This document shows positions 20,216-30,738 of a stretch of DNA of 64,000 nucleotides, piece by piece; the stretch's first letter is position 1; each line of letters starts with the position of its first letter. The stretch covers positions 620,001 through 684,000 of the forward strand of contig CAWKCK010000003.1 in NCBI GenBank assembly GCA_963848135.1, read 5' to 3'. Below the pieces are notes generated by a model. It saw nothing but the letters and a program-made list of their open reading frames with translations. It searched no databases and was not told the DNA's origin. Source of the stretch: an uncultured delta proteobacterium. Its GTDB lineage: Bacteria > Desulfobacterota > Desulfobacteria > Desulfobacterales > SG8-13. Both the position numbers and the translations under genes were made by a program.

Positions 20216-21391
20216 ATGAAGATCATTTACTACTGTCAGCATATCTGGGGAGTGGGGCATTTCTTCAGAAGTCTTGAAATCTGCAAGGCTCTGGCGGCGC
20301 ATGAGATCATCATGGTCACCGGCGGCCCCGAGATCGATACGCCAGTACCGGCCAATGTCCGGGTCGTCCGTCTACCCGGCCTGATGACGGACCGCAATTA
20401 CAGTGGACTCTTTCCCACCGACAAGAGCCGGACCTTGGAAGCCGTCAAAGCGGAACGCCAGAAACTTCTTTTTCAACTGATCGAGCGAGAGGCCCCGGAG
20501 GTCTTTGTGGTCGAGCTCTATCCTTTCGGTCGCAAAGCCTTTGGGTTCGAACTTGACCCGGTATTGGAAGGTATACGAAGCGGACGACTCCACCGGAGTA
20601 GGGTGGCGTGCAGTCTCCGGGATATTCTGGTCGAGAAGAATGATCCTGTCGCGTATGAAAGAAGAGTCGTCGGCATTCTCAACCGTTGGTTCGACGTGTT
20701 ACTGGTTCACGCCGACCCGAAGTTGGTCAGGCTTGACTGCACCTTCTCGCGCCTTGCTGACATCGCCATACCCGTGGTTTACACGGGCTTCATCACGCCG
20801 AAGCCACCGCCAGGTATCCGCGGCCAAATCCGATCCGGTATTGGTGTCGACGAAGATGCGTTTCTTATCATCGCCAGTGCCGGGGGAGGGCAGGCGGGAA
20901 TCGTGCTCCTGGAACCGCTGGTGGAATGTTTCCCGGAGTTGAACGCCGATCGACCGGCTTTTTTGCATGTTTTTACAGGCCCTTACATGCCAGATGATGA
21001 GTTTGCACGGCTGCTTGCGCGGGCGGATCGTCACTTAAAAATCGAACGCTTTACCTCTGATTTTCTGTCTCTGCTGGCGACAGCCGATCTGTCGATCAGC
21101 ATGGGAGGATACAATACGAGTATGAATCTTCTGGCCACGAGAACTCCGGCCCTTGTCTGGCCTTATCCGGGCGACAGAGAACAGGGATTACGGGCAGACC
21201 GTTTGGCTCAGATTGGTGCGGTAACCGTTCTGAAAGAAAAAGACCTGCAACCGGAACGGCTGTTGGAAGTTATCCGTGGCCGGATCTTGAATCCGGCGGC
21301 GGCTTCCCATTCGATCGATCTTGAAGGTGCGATCACTACCGCCAGGCATATCGAGGTGGCAACCACAGCGGATTCCGGAACCGAATTCTGA
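20216..21391 (+). CDS. GT-B glycosyltransferase (COG4671 / GT28-like), paralogue of 14747-16033
   Basis: QH..G.GH, ELYPFGR, SLRDIL, SAGGG, SMGGYNT, EQ..RA. Confidence 0.88.
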   Translation: MKIIYYCQHIWGVGHFFRSLEICKALAAHEIIMVTGGPEIDTPVPANVRVVRLPGLMTDRNYSGLFPTDKSRTLEAVKAERQKLLFQLIEREAPEVFVVELYPFGRKAFGFELDPVLEGIRSGRLHRSRVACSLRDILVEKNDPVAYERRVVGILNRWFDVLLVHADPKLVRLDCTFSRLADIAIPVVYTGFITPKPPPGIRGQIRSGIGVDEDAFLIIASAGGGQAGIVLLEPLVECFPELNADRPAFLHVFTGPYMPDDEFARLLARADRHLKIERFTSDFLSLLATADLSISMGGYNTSMNLLATRTPALVWPYPGDREQGLRADRLAQIGAVTVLKEKDLQPERLLEVIRGRILNPAAASHSIDLEGAITTARHIEVATTADSGTEF

Positions 21392-21641
21392 TGGCAGTCA
21401 ATCGAGGGAATTTGTCGGATTCCGTCATAAATATCCCCCGCTCCTATGGGTTCAATACCGGTTGATGGGCTCCTGTTTTTGTGTTACCGTCCAAAAGTTT
21501 CGGCAAATCAAAGCAGAGCATACCTCTGATCCATCCCTATCGCGCCCTGGCGGCCGCATGGCGCGCATCCTCTGACGGAGGTTTCCGTTCTCCCACGATC
21601 GCCGGAGAACCACCCCCCGTCGTCTTCAGAGGTGAGACCTT

Positions 21642-22340
21642 ATGGCTGATAAACCTGATGAGTTGGTTTCCACATCCGTCACCGATCCCGTGAAACGGCT
21701 TGTCGTTCTGCCGCTCAAGAAAGCAATCGAGATCGCATTCAAGAGTATTCGGGTTCGATTCTTACGGTCGCTAATTACGACCTTGAGCCTGGTGCTGGCA
21801 GTGGCGTTCCTTTCATTTACCAATGTCGGCACGGACGTGGCAGACGGGTTACTGGCAACCGGCCACGTCGATTCCCGGCAGATCCTGATCAATGCCGGCT
21901 ATGACATCGGGCCGGAAGATACCAGCGTCGCGGCCTCGGCCAAACAGCGTTGGATCGTGATCCTCTCACTGGTGGTCTGTGTCGTGGGTATCGTCAATGC
22001 GCAGCTGATGGCTGTCACAGAGAGGTTCCGGGAAATTGGAACCATGAAATGCCTCGGGGCTCTGGATCGATTTATTCTGCGACTCTTTTTTCTGGAAGCC
22101 GGAATGCAGGGCCTGGCTGGCGGCGCTGCGGGCGCCGTGATAGGGGCCCTGTTCTCACTGCTCAATGCGGCCGTCAGCTTTGGTGCCACGGCACTGGCCA
22201 CCCTTTCTTGGCGGGCGGTTTTAGTTTCGATCCTGTCAGCCACCATCGTCGGATTTCTCCTGAGCCTTTTGGGGGTTGTCTATCCGGCAATCGTAGCGGC
22301 CAGGATGCAGCCGGTGGAGGCCATGCGCTCGGAACACTGA
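21642..22340 (+). CDS. Small FtsX-like ABC permease with a very short extracytoplasmic loop
   Basis: Four hydrophobic segments; V.ER.REIGTMKCLGA; YPA..AARM.PVEAMR. Confidence 0.88.
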   Translation: MADKPDELVSTSVTDPVKRLVVLPLKKAIEIAFKSIRVRFLRSLITTLSLVLAVAFLSFTNVGTDVADGLLATGHVDSRQILINAGYDIGPEDTSVAASAKQRWIVILSLVVCVVGIVNAQLMAVTERFREIGTMKCLGALDRFILRLFFLEAGMQGLAGGAAGAVIGALFSLLNAAVSFGATALATLSWRAVLVSILSATIVGFLLSLLGVVYPAIVAARMQPVEAMRSEH

Positions 22341-22395
22341 ATCGTGTTGCCGCTGCGGCAGAAACCCCGCCAACGGAGCCGGGTGAGGAAATTTG

Positions 22396-23133
22396 ATGAA
22401 AGATAAGCATAACATCGTCAGGGTTTCTAACGTTACCAAGTCTTTTCACTTGGGGAAGATCGACGTTCAGGCACTCAAAGGGGTTGACCTTGAAATTCAG
22501 TCCGGCCACTACATTTCCATCATGGGGCCCTCAGGATCCGGCAAAAGCACGCTCTTCAACATGATCGGCGGGCTGGACAAACCAAGTTCCGGCAAGGTTT
22601 TCATCGACGAAGTCGATATTGCACAACTCGACGCTTACGAACTCGCATGGTTACGCTGTCGTAAGATCGGCTACATCTTTCAAACGTTCAACCTGATTCA
22701 GGTCATGTCAGCCCTTGAGAACGTGACCCTACCCATGACATTTGCAGGGATGAACGGCGACGATGCCACCGAGAAGGGCTTCCGTCTGCTTGAGCTCGTC
22801 GGCCTGGCCGATCGATATCATCACAAACCCTCGGAACTTTCCGGCGGCCAGCAGCAACGCGTGGCTGTGGCCAGAGCGCTGGCCAACGATCCGGCGATCA
22901 TACTGGCTGACGAGCCCACCGGCAACCTCGACCTCAGCACGGGTGAAGAGATTATTGCTCTGTTGAAGAATTTGAGTCGTGAGAGGTCGGTGACAGTGAT
23001 TTCCGCCACCCATGACTTTAAAATGTTGAATGTTTCGGATCAGGTCGTTTGGATCCGTGACGGACGCGTCGATAAAATCGAAAACCGGGACGAACTGTCC
23101 ATCTCCCTTGGGAAAATCGGAGCCAAGGAGTAA
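22396..23133 (+). CDS. ABC ATPase, LolD/MacB type
   Basis: GPSGSGKST, IFQTFNL, LSGGQQQRVAVARAL, ADEPTGNLD, TH. Confidence 0.95.
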   Translation: MKDKHNIVRVSNVTKSFHLGKIDVQALKGVDLEIQSGHYISIMGPSGSGKSTLFNMIGGLDKPSSGKVFIDEVDIAQLDAYELAWLRCRKIGYIFQTFNLIQVMSALENVTLPMTFAGMNGDDATEKGFRLLELVGLADRYHHKPSELSGGQQQRVAVARALANDPAIILADEPTGNLDLSTGEEIIALLKNLSRERSVTVISATHDFKMLNVSDQVVWIRDGRVDKIENRDELSISLGKIGAKE

Positions 23134-23197
23134 TATCGACCCGTCTTATTCGTTCCAATATAAACATTCACCTCTGGTGGCGGCCCCAGAGAGATTC

Positions 23198-23305
23198 GTA
23201 AGCATTCACAGGGCACTGCATCTGCCTTGTTGTCAGGCGTTTGAAGTACAAAAGTACATCTGCGCGCCCGACGCCTTGTATCCGCGGCACCCTGTAAACG
23301 CTTAC
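23198..23305. repeat. REP/MITE-like hairpin element
   Basis: Termini GTAAGCATTCACAGGG / CCCTGTAAACGCTTAC; central GTAC-aaaa-GTAC. Confidence 0.7.
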
Positions 23306-23464
23306 AACTCTGTGGTCTGAAGAACATTGGACGTTGCAACCCTGTGAACAGATACAGAGATTCTACCAGTCCGGGTAGAATTAAAAATACGAATATTCTT
23401 TATCATCGGACCTTACGGAACATATCATCAACCCTATTACCAACAAGACCAGATACCATTTCAA

Positions 23465-26400
23465 ATGCCGGTTTTCTCTAAAAAGAACATTCAGAGTTTT
23501 TCGCCCCTTCGCCGGCGACAGCGGTCTAATTTCATTTACGTTCCGATAAAAAACGCAATATTGACAGCCGGATTGCTTTTGCTCTGGATACTCCAGTCGG
23601 CCTCACCCGCTTTTTCAGTTGACGCTGCAACATCCGCGGATCGCTTTTTGGCTGAAATCCACAAAATGGCCGCCTTGGAAGATCGCAGTACCGGTACCCC
23701 CGGATGCGCTGCTGCTGCCAAATTTATAAAGAGCCGTTTTGAGCAATTCGGCTTGGAAGCCGTTGGTACGCAACTTTTCAAGGTGCCGGTGATTCGGCAT
23801 CTAAGCAGCCGCATCTATTTACCAGACCGACAGGTCAGCCTCGCGGTTCAGCCGGTCATCGCCAATGCTGTCGCACCGCAGACGATCCCGACAGAGGGCC
23901 TTCAGGGACCGGTCATTTACGTCGGACCAGGTGAACTCCATCACTTTAACGGCAAGCCTGTAGAAGGCGCTATCGTTTTGATGGACATCGATTCCGGAAA
24001 GAATTGGCTGAACGCCGCTTCGTTGGGAGCCGTCGCCCTGATCTATCTCGATGGTGCCGCCACACCGAAGATGCTTTACGATGACAAACTGGAGCTGACG
24101 CCGCTTTCATTCCCCCGCTTCCGTATCGATCGAGAAGCGGCCCGTCGGATTTTCGGATCCTTTGAATCGACGCCGGGAGAATTGGTTTCCCAGTCCGCGG
24201 TTCTTTACTCAAAATCTGGCTGGGAGGATGTGACCGCAGAGAACGTGTTCGGGTTGATTCCGGGTTCAGATCCCAAGCTGAAGGAGCAACTCATCATCGT
24301 CGAGGCCTTTTATGATACCGGAGCCCTGGTACCGGGATTGGCACCCGGGGCGGATGAAGCCGTTGGGATCATTACCTTGCTGGATTTGGCCCGCACGCTG
24401 CAGACGTCACCGCCGGGCCGCTCGGTACTTCTCGTGGCCACTGCCGGTCATGCGCAGACCCTCGCCGGTATGCGCGAAATGATGTGGGGCATCCGGTCAC
24501 GCAGCAAAGATCTGCGCAAACTGCAAAAAAGCCTCAATAAAACCGTGAAACAGGCCGGTGGCATCCTGGAAATGCTTAACGAGATCCGCCAGAAGGGTGT
24601 CACGGCCTTCCTGGCAACAGAAGCTTCCGACCGGAATCAACAGGGTCAGAGACTGCTCGATGCCGACAGCGATTCGATCAAAACCGAGGTGGACGGCATC
24701 TCAAAACAGCTTATGCGATTGCGATTGGAGAGCGATGGCGAAGAAAACCAGGATCGCATCCGGAAGCTGGTTCAGGAGCGGCGTCTCCTTCGTCGCATCC
24801 TCTGGCGTACCGATCTCAATGACCTTTCCATAGAAGAAATAGCAGCCATCGAGCAGGTGACGCCGAATGCCATCGACGAATACCGACGGATAGAGAAAGA
24901 TGCCAAGCGACAGGAGCAGTTGATCCGCAGCACCAAGAGTTTCCGCGGCCTTGCCAAATCAATGGAGATCTCGGCCATTGTCTCCCTGCATCTTTCCAGT
25001 CACGGGGACGGATTCGGTGCCTTTAACTATGGTTGGCTCTACCCGTTGCGGCCGCGGGTCAACCGTACGGCCATTTACAGCACGCTGGACGACGTGTTGA
25101 AGAAAAGTGCTGCAACAATAAATGACAAAGGGTTGGGTCCGGTACTTTATCAGGATACCCTGCGACCCCGTCGCGTGCGTTCATGGCAAAGCTATTTTCT
25201 CGATCGGCCGCCGCTGGGCGGGGAAGTCAGTGCTCTGGCCGGCTTCTTGGGCGTTTCTATGGTCACGGTGAACGATGCCCGGCCGCTGTGGGGGACACCG
25301 GGTGATCAACCCGATACCATCGACCCCGAATTTGCCGCTCGCCAGAGTGCACAGATCGCGGCGATGATCAACGATATCTCACAGGCAGAGCGGTTGTATG
25401 AAGGCAGCCTGCCCAGGGACGGATTTACTACTGTCACGGCCCAGGCAAAATTTCTGCGGCACGGTGAACTATTTCCCGATCAACCGGCACCGGGAACAGT
25501 GGTCATGACCTTTCAGGGCCAGGGACGCTATTACAACATGGTGGATGCCCTGGGGAGGTTCACCATCAAGGGCGTGGCCACCAAAAAACTGGTTCAAGAC
25601 AAGCTGGTCATCGAAGCCTACCGATTCGATTCCGAAAACGGACAGATTGTGTGGGCCATCGATAAAAAGCAGACCGGTAAGGACGCTTATCGGGTCAAAG
25701 TGCAACGCAACAACATCGAAACCAACCTGGTGATGTTCGGGTGCAAGCAGAGCGTCGTATTTAACCTGCTCGAACCGCGCACCTTCCGTTACATGAACAA
25801 GGTCCAGTTGATCGATGCCAGGCGCGAAGCCCGCCCGAGCCGCTATAGCTTCAGCAGGTTCGACACCTGGTCCTCGGCCATGTCCTCGCTGATGCTCGAG
25901 CCCGGCACACCCTGGAAATTGACATTATCGGACACAGTGCTGCGCTGGAAACTCTTACTTCTCAATGCCGATGTCGACCACCCACAAGGCCGGGGTTATC
26001 TTGTCGACGATTGGCCCTTCGTTTATCGCACGGATTACAAGGTCGCCCGTGATATGTGGTACCTGCTCGTACCGCGCATTCAGGCGCTCGAATCGCACGG
26101 CATCTACAACCAGAGAATTTCCCGGCTCCAGCAGGAAGGGATAGAAGTGCTGGAGAAAGCCCGCAAGGCCCTTGATGAAAGGCAATACGATCGTTTTGTC
26201 AAACATGCATCGAGCTCCTGGGCGCTGGCCACTCGTGTTTATGGTGACATCGAGGACACACAAAAAGACGTCCTATTCGGTGTGTTGTTCTACATTGCCC
26301 TTTTTGTGCCTTTTGCCTTTTGCATGGAGCGGCTGCTTTTTTCTTATACAAACATCCACAAACGCATCATCGCCTTCTGCGGCATCCTGATTACCCTCAT

Positions 26401-28471
26401 CGCCATTATTTATAATGTACACCCCGCGTTTCAACTGGCTTACAGCCCGACGGTCGTCATTCTGGCTTTTTTCATCATGGGCCTTTCCGCCATTGTGACC
26501 CTGATCATTTACTTTCGTTTCGAAGAAGAAATGGCCAAACTCCAACAGCATGCCCGGCAGATGAAAGCCATACAGATGGGACGCTGGAAGGCCTTTGCGG
26601 CGGCATTTCTTTTAGGGGTCAGCAATCTCAGGCGTCGGCGGTTGCGAACGGCCCTGACCAGTGTCACCTTGATTATTCTGACCTTCACTGTCATGAGCTT
26701 TACTTCCGTTAAGTCGTTGCGCCACCACAGCCGGTTGCTCTACCAGGAACGCTCGCCTTATAACGGATATTTGTTCAAGAATGTCAACTGGACCGATTTG
26801 CCTACCGAGAGCTTGAGTTTTGTTGCCGATTATTTCGGAAACAATAGTATCACCGTACCGCGGGTATGGCTTGAAGACAAAGATCGGACCCGCACACTGA
26901 CAGTGCCGGTTCAGCGTAACGAACGGCGGTACACCGCGTACGGCGTGGTTGGATTGTCTGCCGCTGAAGTCCATGTGACCAGTATGGAGAGAATTCTTGT
27001 CGGCGGTCGCTGGTTCCGGGATTCGGAACAGCAGGCGGTTCTGCTGTCCGAGCGGATGGCTAAGGAACTGGACATCGATCCGGGGGTAAATCAGAAAGTC
27101 GATGTACTCATCTGGGGGCTTCCGTTTCGGGTCGTCGGTGTGTTTTCAAGCCGTCTGTTGATGGAAAACACTGACTTGGACGGAGAGCCGCTTTCAACGG
27201 TGACTTTCCCCAGCGAAATGTCCATGGAGATGACCGAAGTTGAAATGGAGGCCCTGGAGTCCGGAGAGGAAGTCCGTTCGTACCAGAGCCGCTACCAGCA
27301 CGTCGATGCCGACCGCATGCTGATCGTCCCCGATAAATTTTTAATGTCTGCCGGGGGAAAACTCAAGGGGATTGCCGTAAAACCCGCGGGTGGCCGGGTC
27401 GACCGAACGGACGCCGAACGTATCGTCGACCGGTTCGGCCTGACGCTCTTTGCCGGGCAAACGGATGGTACGTATCTTTACCAGGCCAGTGACACCATGA
27501 GTTACAGCGGTGTCCCCAATGTTGTCATACCGCTGGTGATTTCTGTTTTCATCGTACTCAACACGATGATCGGTAGCGTCTACGAAAGAAAAAAAGAAAT
27601 TGGTATATACACTGCCGTGGGACTGGCGCCGTCCCACGTGTCATTTCTTTTCATTGCCGAGGCGCTGGCGTTCGCGGTACTCAGCGTTGTTCTCGGGTAC
27701 TTGTTGGCCCAGGTGACGGCCGGAGTGCTCGCCGGCTCCGCTCTGTGGTCCGGAATAACCGTCAACTATTCTTCCATTGCGGGCGTGGCGGCCATGATCC
27801 TGGTTATTCTGGTCGTACTGGTATCCGTAATTTATCCATCCAGGGTTGCGGCCAACATCGCCATACCGGACGTCAACCGCTCCTGGCGGCTTCCGGCGGC
27901 TGTCGGGCACCGCTTGGAGGTGACACTCCCTTTTCTGATGAAGCCTCGTGAGCACCTGAGTATCGGTGGTTTCCTTCTTGATCACTTCGAAGGGCACCGA
28001 GATGTTTCCCACGGTTTGTTTTCCGCCGGAAAGATAAATTTCTCACTGGCACAGTGCATGGCTCCAGAAGACAATCCCAATCGCAAGGCCTTCGATAATA
28101 CGTCGGAGGGCGCCGAAAGCAGCGAAGTTTTTTTGCAGATGACGACCGATATTTGGTTGGCACCGTTTGATTTCGGTATTATGCAACAGGTTGTGGTCGC
28201 ATTCTGCCGATCTGCGGATGACCCTGGATTCCTTGAAATCAGAATCCTCCTGGAACGGCTTTCCGGAGAAGCCAACGCCTGGTATAGAATCAACAAGGCT
28301 TTCCTGCATGAACTGCGAAAAACTTTGTTGGTATGGCGATCGCTCGATACGGTTTCCAAAGATCACTACGCAGAACTTATCGCCGTAGAAGGACGGAAGC
28401 GCGGCATCGATGTCAGGCAGTATTTGGAAGCGGCCCCTGAAAACAGCGCATCGATATCGGACGGGACTTGA
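23465..28471 (+). CDS. 1668-aa fusion: PA/M28 peptidase-like ectodomain plus MacB/FtsX-like permease and a C-terminal soluble domain
   Basis: Signal-like segment; R.TGT.G...AA, PA-like insert, ENV.G...G, APGADE; TM cluster; NLRRRRLRT.LT; VYERKKEIGIY.AVGL; YPS..A. Confidence 0.8.
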   Translation: MPVFSKKNIQSFSPLRRRQRSNFIYVPIKNAILTAGLLLLWILQSASPAFSVDAATSADRFLAEIHKMAALEDRSTGTPGCAAAAKFIKSRFEQFGLEAVGTQLFKVPVIRHLSSRIYLPDRQVSLAVQPVIANAVAPQTIPTEGLQGPVIYVGPGELHHFNGKPVEGAIVLMDIDSGKNWLNAASLGAVALIYLDGAATPKMLYDDKLELTPLSFPRFRIDREAARRIFGSFESTPGELVSQSAVLYSKSGWEDVTAENVFGLIPGSDPKLKEQLIIVEAFYDTGALVPGLAPGADEAVGIITLLDLARTLQTSPPGRSVLLVATAGHAQTLAGMREMMWGIRSRSKDLRKLQKSLNKTVKQAGGILEMLNEIRQKGVTAFLATEASDRNQQGQRLLDADSDSIKTEVDGISKQLMRLRLESDGEENQDRIRKLVQERRLLRRILWRTDLNDLSIEEIAAIEQVTPNAIDEYRRIEKDAKRQEQLIRSTKSFRGLAKSMEISAIVSLHLSSHGDGFGAFNYGWLYPLRPRVNRTAIYSTLDDVLKKSAATINDKGLGPVLYQDTLRPRRVRSWQSYFLDRPPLGGEVSALAGFLGVSMVTVNDARPLWGTPGDQPDTIDPEFAARQSAQIAAMINDISQAERLYEGSLPRDGFTTVTAQAKFLRHGELFPDQPAPGTVVMTFQGQGRYYNMVDALGRFTIKGVATKKLVQDKLVIEAYRFDSENGQIVWAIDKKQTGKDAYRVKVQRNNIETNLVMFGCKQSVVFNLLEPRTFRYMNKVQLIDARREARPSRYSFSRFDTWSSAMSSLMLEPGTPWKLTLSDTVLRWKLLLLNADVDHPQGRGYLVDDWPFVYRTDYKVARDMWYLLVPRIQALESHGIYNQRISRLQQEGIEVLEKARKALDERQYDRFVKHASSSWALATRVYGDIEDTQKDVLFGVLFYIALFVPFAFCMERLLFSYTNIHKRIIAFCGILITLIAIIYNVHPAFQLAYSPTVVILAFFIMGLSAIVTLIIYFRFEEEMAKLQQHARQMKAIQMGRWKAFAAAFLLGVSNLRRRRLRTALTSVTLIILTFTVMSFTSVKSLRHHSRLLYQERSPYNGYLFKNVNWTDLPTESLSFVADYFGNNSITVPRVWLEDKDRTRTLTVPVQRNERRYTAYGVVGLSAAEVHVTSMERILVGGRWFRDSEQQAVLLSERMAKELDIDPGVNQKVDVLIWGLPFRVVGVFSSRLLMENTDLDGEPLSTVTFPSEMSMEMTEVEMEALESGEEVRSYQSRYQHVDADRMLIVPDKFLMSAGGKLKGIAVKPAGGRVDRTDAERIVDRFGLTLFAGQTDGTYLYQASDTMSYSGVPNVVIPLVISVFIVLNTMIGSVYERKKEIGIYTAVGLAPSHVSFLFIAEALAFAVLSVVLGYLLAQVTAGVLAGSALWSGITVNYSSIAGVAAMILVILVVLVSVIYPSRVAANIAIPDVNRSWRLPAAVGHRLEVTLPFLMKPREHLSIGGFLLDHFEGHRDVSHGLFSAGKINFSLAQCMAPEDNPNRKAFDNTSEGAESSEVFLQMTTDIWLAPFDFGIMQQVVVAFCRSADDPGFLEIRILLERLSGEANAWYRINKAFLHELRKTLLVWRSLDTVSKDHYAELIAVEGRKRGIDVRQYLEAAPENSASISDGT

Positions 28472-30540
28472 GCTGTATGGAAAAAATTGATTCAACCGAC
28501 AACAACGATACATCCTGCGTGATTCGCGAATCCGGTGTCCCATCCACCACCGCGGGCGTTAACGGCGGCGGGCCGATACGTTTGCGCGCCGTGACGATCG
28601 GGTTTGCTCTGGCGATGTTGATTTGCGCCATTACACCGTTCAACAATGTGTATCGCTCGGCAACGCCACTGGGTGGCGGGCATTTCCCTCTGGCGCCATT
28701 CTACATTCTTTTCTGGCTGATGGTGGCCACTGCCGGTCTCAGGATTGTCTTTTCACGGTGGACCTGGCTTACGGGTCGAGAGTTGCTTCTTATCTGGATC
28801 CTGATGGTCCTGGCCTCAGGCATTGCCTACACCGGTCTGGTCCGTACCTTCTTTATCAATCTGACGGCACCGCAGTATTTTTCGAGCCTTGGAAGCCGCT
28901 GGGCAGAGGAACTTCTGCCCATTCTTCCCAAGGGGCTCTATCCGCAGAGCCCGGAAGCGGTTTCCTCTCTATACGACGGGCTGGCCGGCGGGCGCAACTT
29001 GAGCTGGTGGGAAGTCTTTCAGCAGATTCCATGGCACGCCTGGCTTCCGCCACTTGCATTTTGGGGCAGTTTTATCTTCATTTGCTACTTTGTGATGCTT
29101 TGCATGATTAACATCCTCAGCCGGCAGGCGATCGAGAACGAGCGGATGAATTTTCCCCTTCTGCGGGTTCCGCAGCTCATGCAGGAAGCTTACGACGGCA
29201 ATGCCTTGGGCCGCTTTTTAACCGATCGGTTTCTGCTTGCAGGTCTCGCTATTCCATTTGTCCTGCACTTGATCAACGGGCTTAATTTCTACATTCCGTC
29301 TGTGCCTCAGGTCCCTACTCTTATTTTGGCCGGGTCATACTTTCCCAAGTACGGCCTTTTTTCCGGATTTTACAAACTCAAGATTTTCATCTATCCGGCA
29401 TTTATCGGATTTGCATTTTTGACCTCCAAGCAGATCTCTTTATCGTTCTGGTTTTTTTTCATCTTCGGTGGGTTGCTGTTCGGTTTACTTGGAATTATGG
29501 GTTACGAGATCCCTGAAGCCGCCCTGGGCGTCACCTTCGGACCCACCCTCTCCCGGCCGGAAGAAACCCAGACCATCGGCGCTTATGGCGTCTTTTTTCT
29601 CTTTCTTCTTTGGCTGGCGCGTTTTCATCTCTGGGGGACCGTGAGGGATGCCGTGCGGTTTCGTGCCTCCGATCCGTCTGATGTGGAGTGGATCTCTTTC
29701 CGGTTTTCCTTCTGGGGCTTCGTTTGCGGTTCGACACTGTTGATCGGTTTGTGCGTTATTTACGGGCTGCCGCTCCTGCCGGCTTTTTTGACGGTGTGTG
29801 CCTTCTTCATGGTGATGCTTGTCGCCACCAGGGTGATCTGCCAGGGTGGCCTGGCCTATTTCACGCTCACTGATGCGCCTCTCGACGGGCTCTTATTTAT
29901 ATTCGGTCCCCGGTTTTTCGGCACTATTGGGCTTCTTCTCAGCGCAGCGGTCCAAAAAGTTCTATTTCTCGATCTACGGGAATCCCTCATGCCGTCGTTG
30001 CTCCATGCCGGCCGGGTGACATTCCGCATGGATCCAAAAAAAATGATTCTCGGCGCCATTGTCATCACTCTTTTGTCCGCCGTTGTGGTTTCGTTTGTCT
30101 CCATGTTGACCCTTTGTTATAAATTCGGCGCCCGCGAACTTGATCTGGACTGGGCCGTGCGGTCCACGGTGTCGGTTTATGAAAACGTACACAATCTTGT
30201 CGAGTCGCCGATGCGCAGTGGAAAGTGGGTATTGGTCTTTTCTTTGGTCGGGGCCGTAATAATGACGGTGCTGGTTGTCTGCTACCATCGTTTCTACTGG
30301 TGGCCCATCCACCCGATTGGGTATCTGACGACATACAGTTCAGCCATGCGGATTCTCTGGTTCAGTTTTTTTATCGGCTGGTTGTGTAACGTCCTCTGCA
30401 TGCGCTATGGCGGCGTGCACCTGTATAAAAAGCTACGGTTTTTCTTCGTCGGACTGATAATCGGTGACTTTCTCATGGCCGGCAGCTGGGCGATTGTGGG
30501 TTTGTTCTCGGACGCAAGCTATTTGGTTTTGCCGTCCTGA
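28468..30540 (+). CDS. Polytopic membrane protein, DUF6785/DUF6784-like (distant OPT resemblance)
   Basis: Many TM segments; W..W..PL..W, ERMNFPL, WWPIHPIGY, RYGG..LY, F.GLIIGD. Confidence 0.7.
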   Translation: MSCMEKIDSTDNNDTSCVIRESGVPSTTAGVNGGGPIRLRAVTIGFALAMLICAITPFNNVYRSATPLGGGHFPLAPFYILFWLMVATAGLRIVFSRWTWLTGRELLLIWILMVLASGIAYTGLVRTFFINLTAPQYFSSLGSRWAEELLPILPKGLYPQSPEAVSSLYDGLAGGRNLSWWEVFQQIPWHAWLPPLAFWGSFIFICYFVMLCMINILSRQAIENERMNFPLLRVPQLMQEAYDGNALGRFLTDRFLLAGLAIPFVLHLINGLNFYIPSVPQVPTLILAGSYFPKYGLFSGFYKLKIFIYPAFIGFAFLTSKQISLSFWFFFIFGGLLFGLLGIMGYEIPEAALGVTFGPTLSRPEETQTIGAYGVFFLFLLWLARFHLWGTVRDAVRFRASDPSDVEWISFRFSFWGFVCGSTLLIGLCVIYGLPLLPAFLTVCAFFMVMLVATRVICQGGLAYFTLTDAPLDGLLFIFGPRFFGTIGLLLSAAVQKVLFLDLRESLMPSLLHAGRVTFRMDPKKMILGAIVITLLSAVVVSFVSMLTLCYKFGARELDLDWAVRSTVSVYENVHNLVESPMRSGKWVLVFSLVGAVIMTVLVVCYHRFYWWPIHPIGYLTTYSSAMRILWFSFFIGWLCNVLCMRYGGVHLYKKLRFFFVGLIIGDFLMAGSWAIVGLFSDASYLVLPS

Positions 30541-30618
30541 TGTCGGAATTACCTTTTCGCCGGTCTCGCCGGGAACAATAGACCCAATTGGATAAAAGGT
30601 CCGGGTTGATATGAATTT

Positions 30619-30730
30619 ACCCGCAACCCGTAACTCGCAACCCGTAACCCGTAACTCGCAACCCGTAACTCGCAACCCGTAACCCGTAACTCGCAACCCG
30701 TAACCCGTAACCCGCAACCCGTAACCCGCA
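30619..30730. repeat. Tandem heptamer array, 16 units of ACCCGTA/ACTCGCA/ACCCGCA
   Basis: Counted directly; ends 8 nt before the ATG at 30739. Confidence 0.95.
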
Positions 30731-30738
30731 ACGCAAAT

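Noticed and set aside
30619..30730. Possible CRISPR array
   Set aside because: Units are 7 nt with no unique spacers and no cas genes are present; it is a VNTR.
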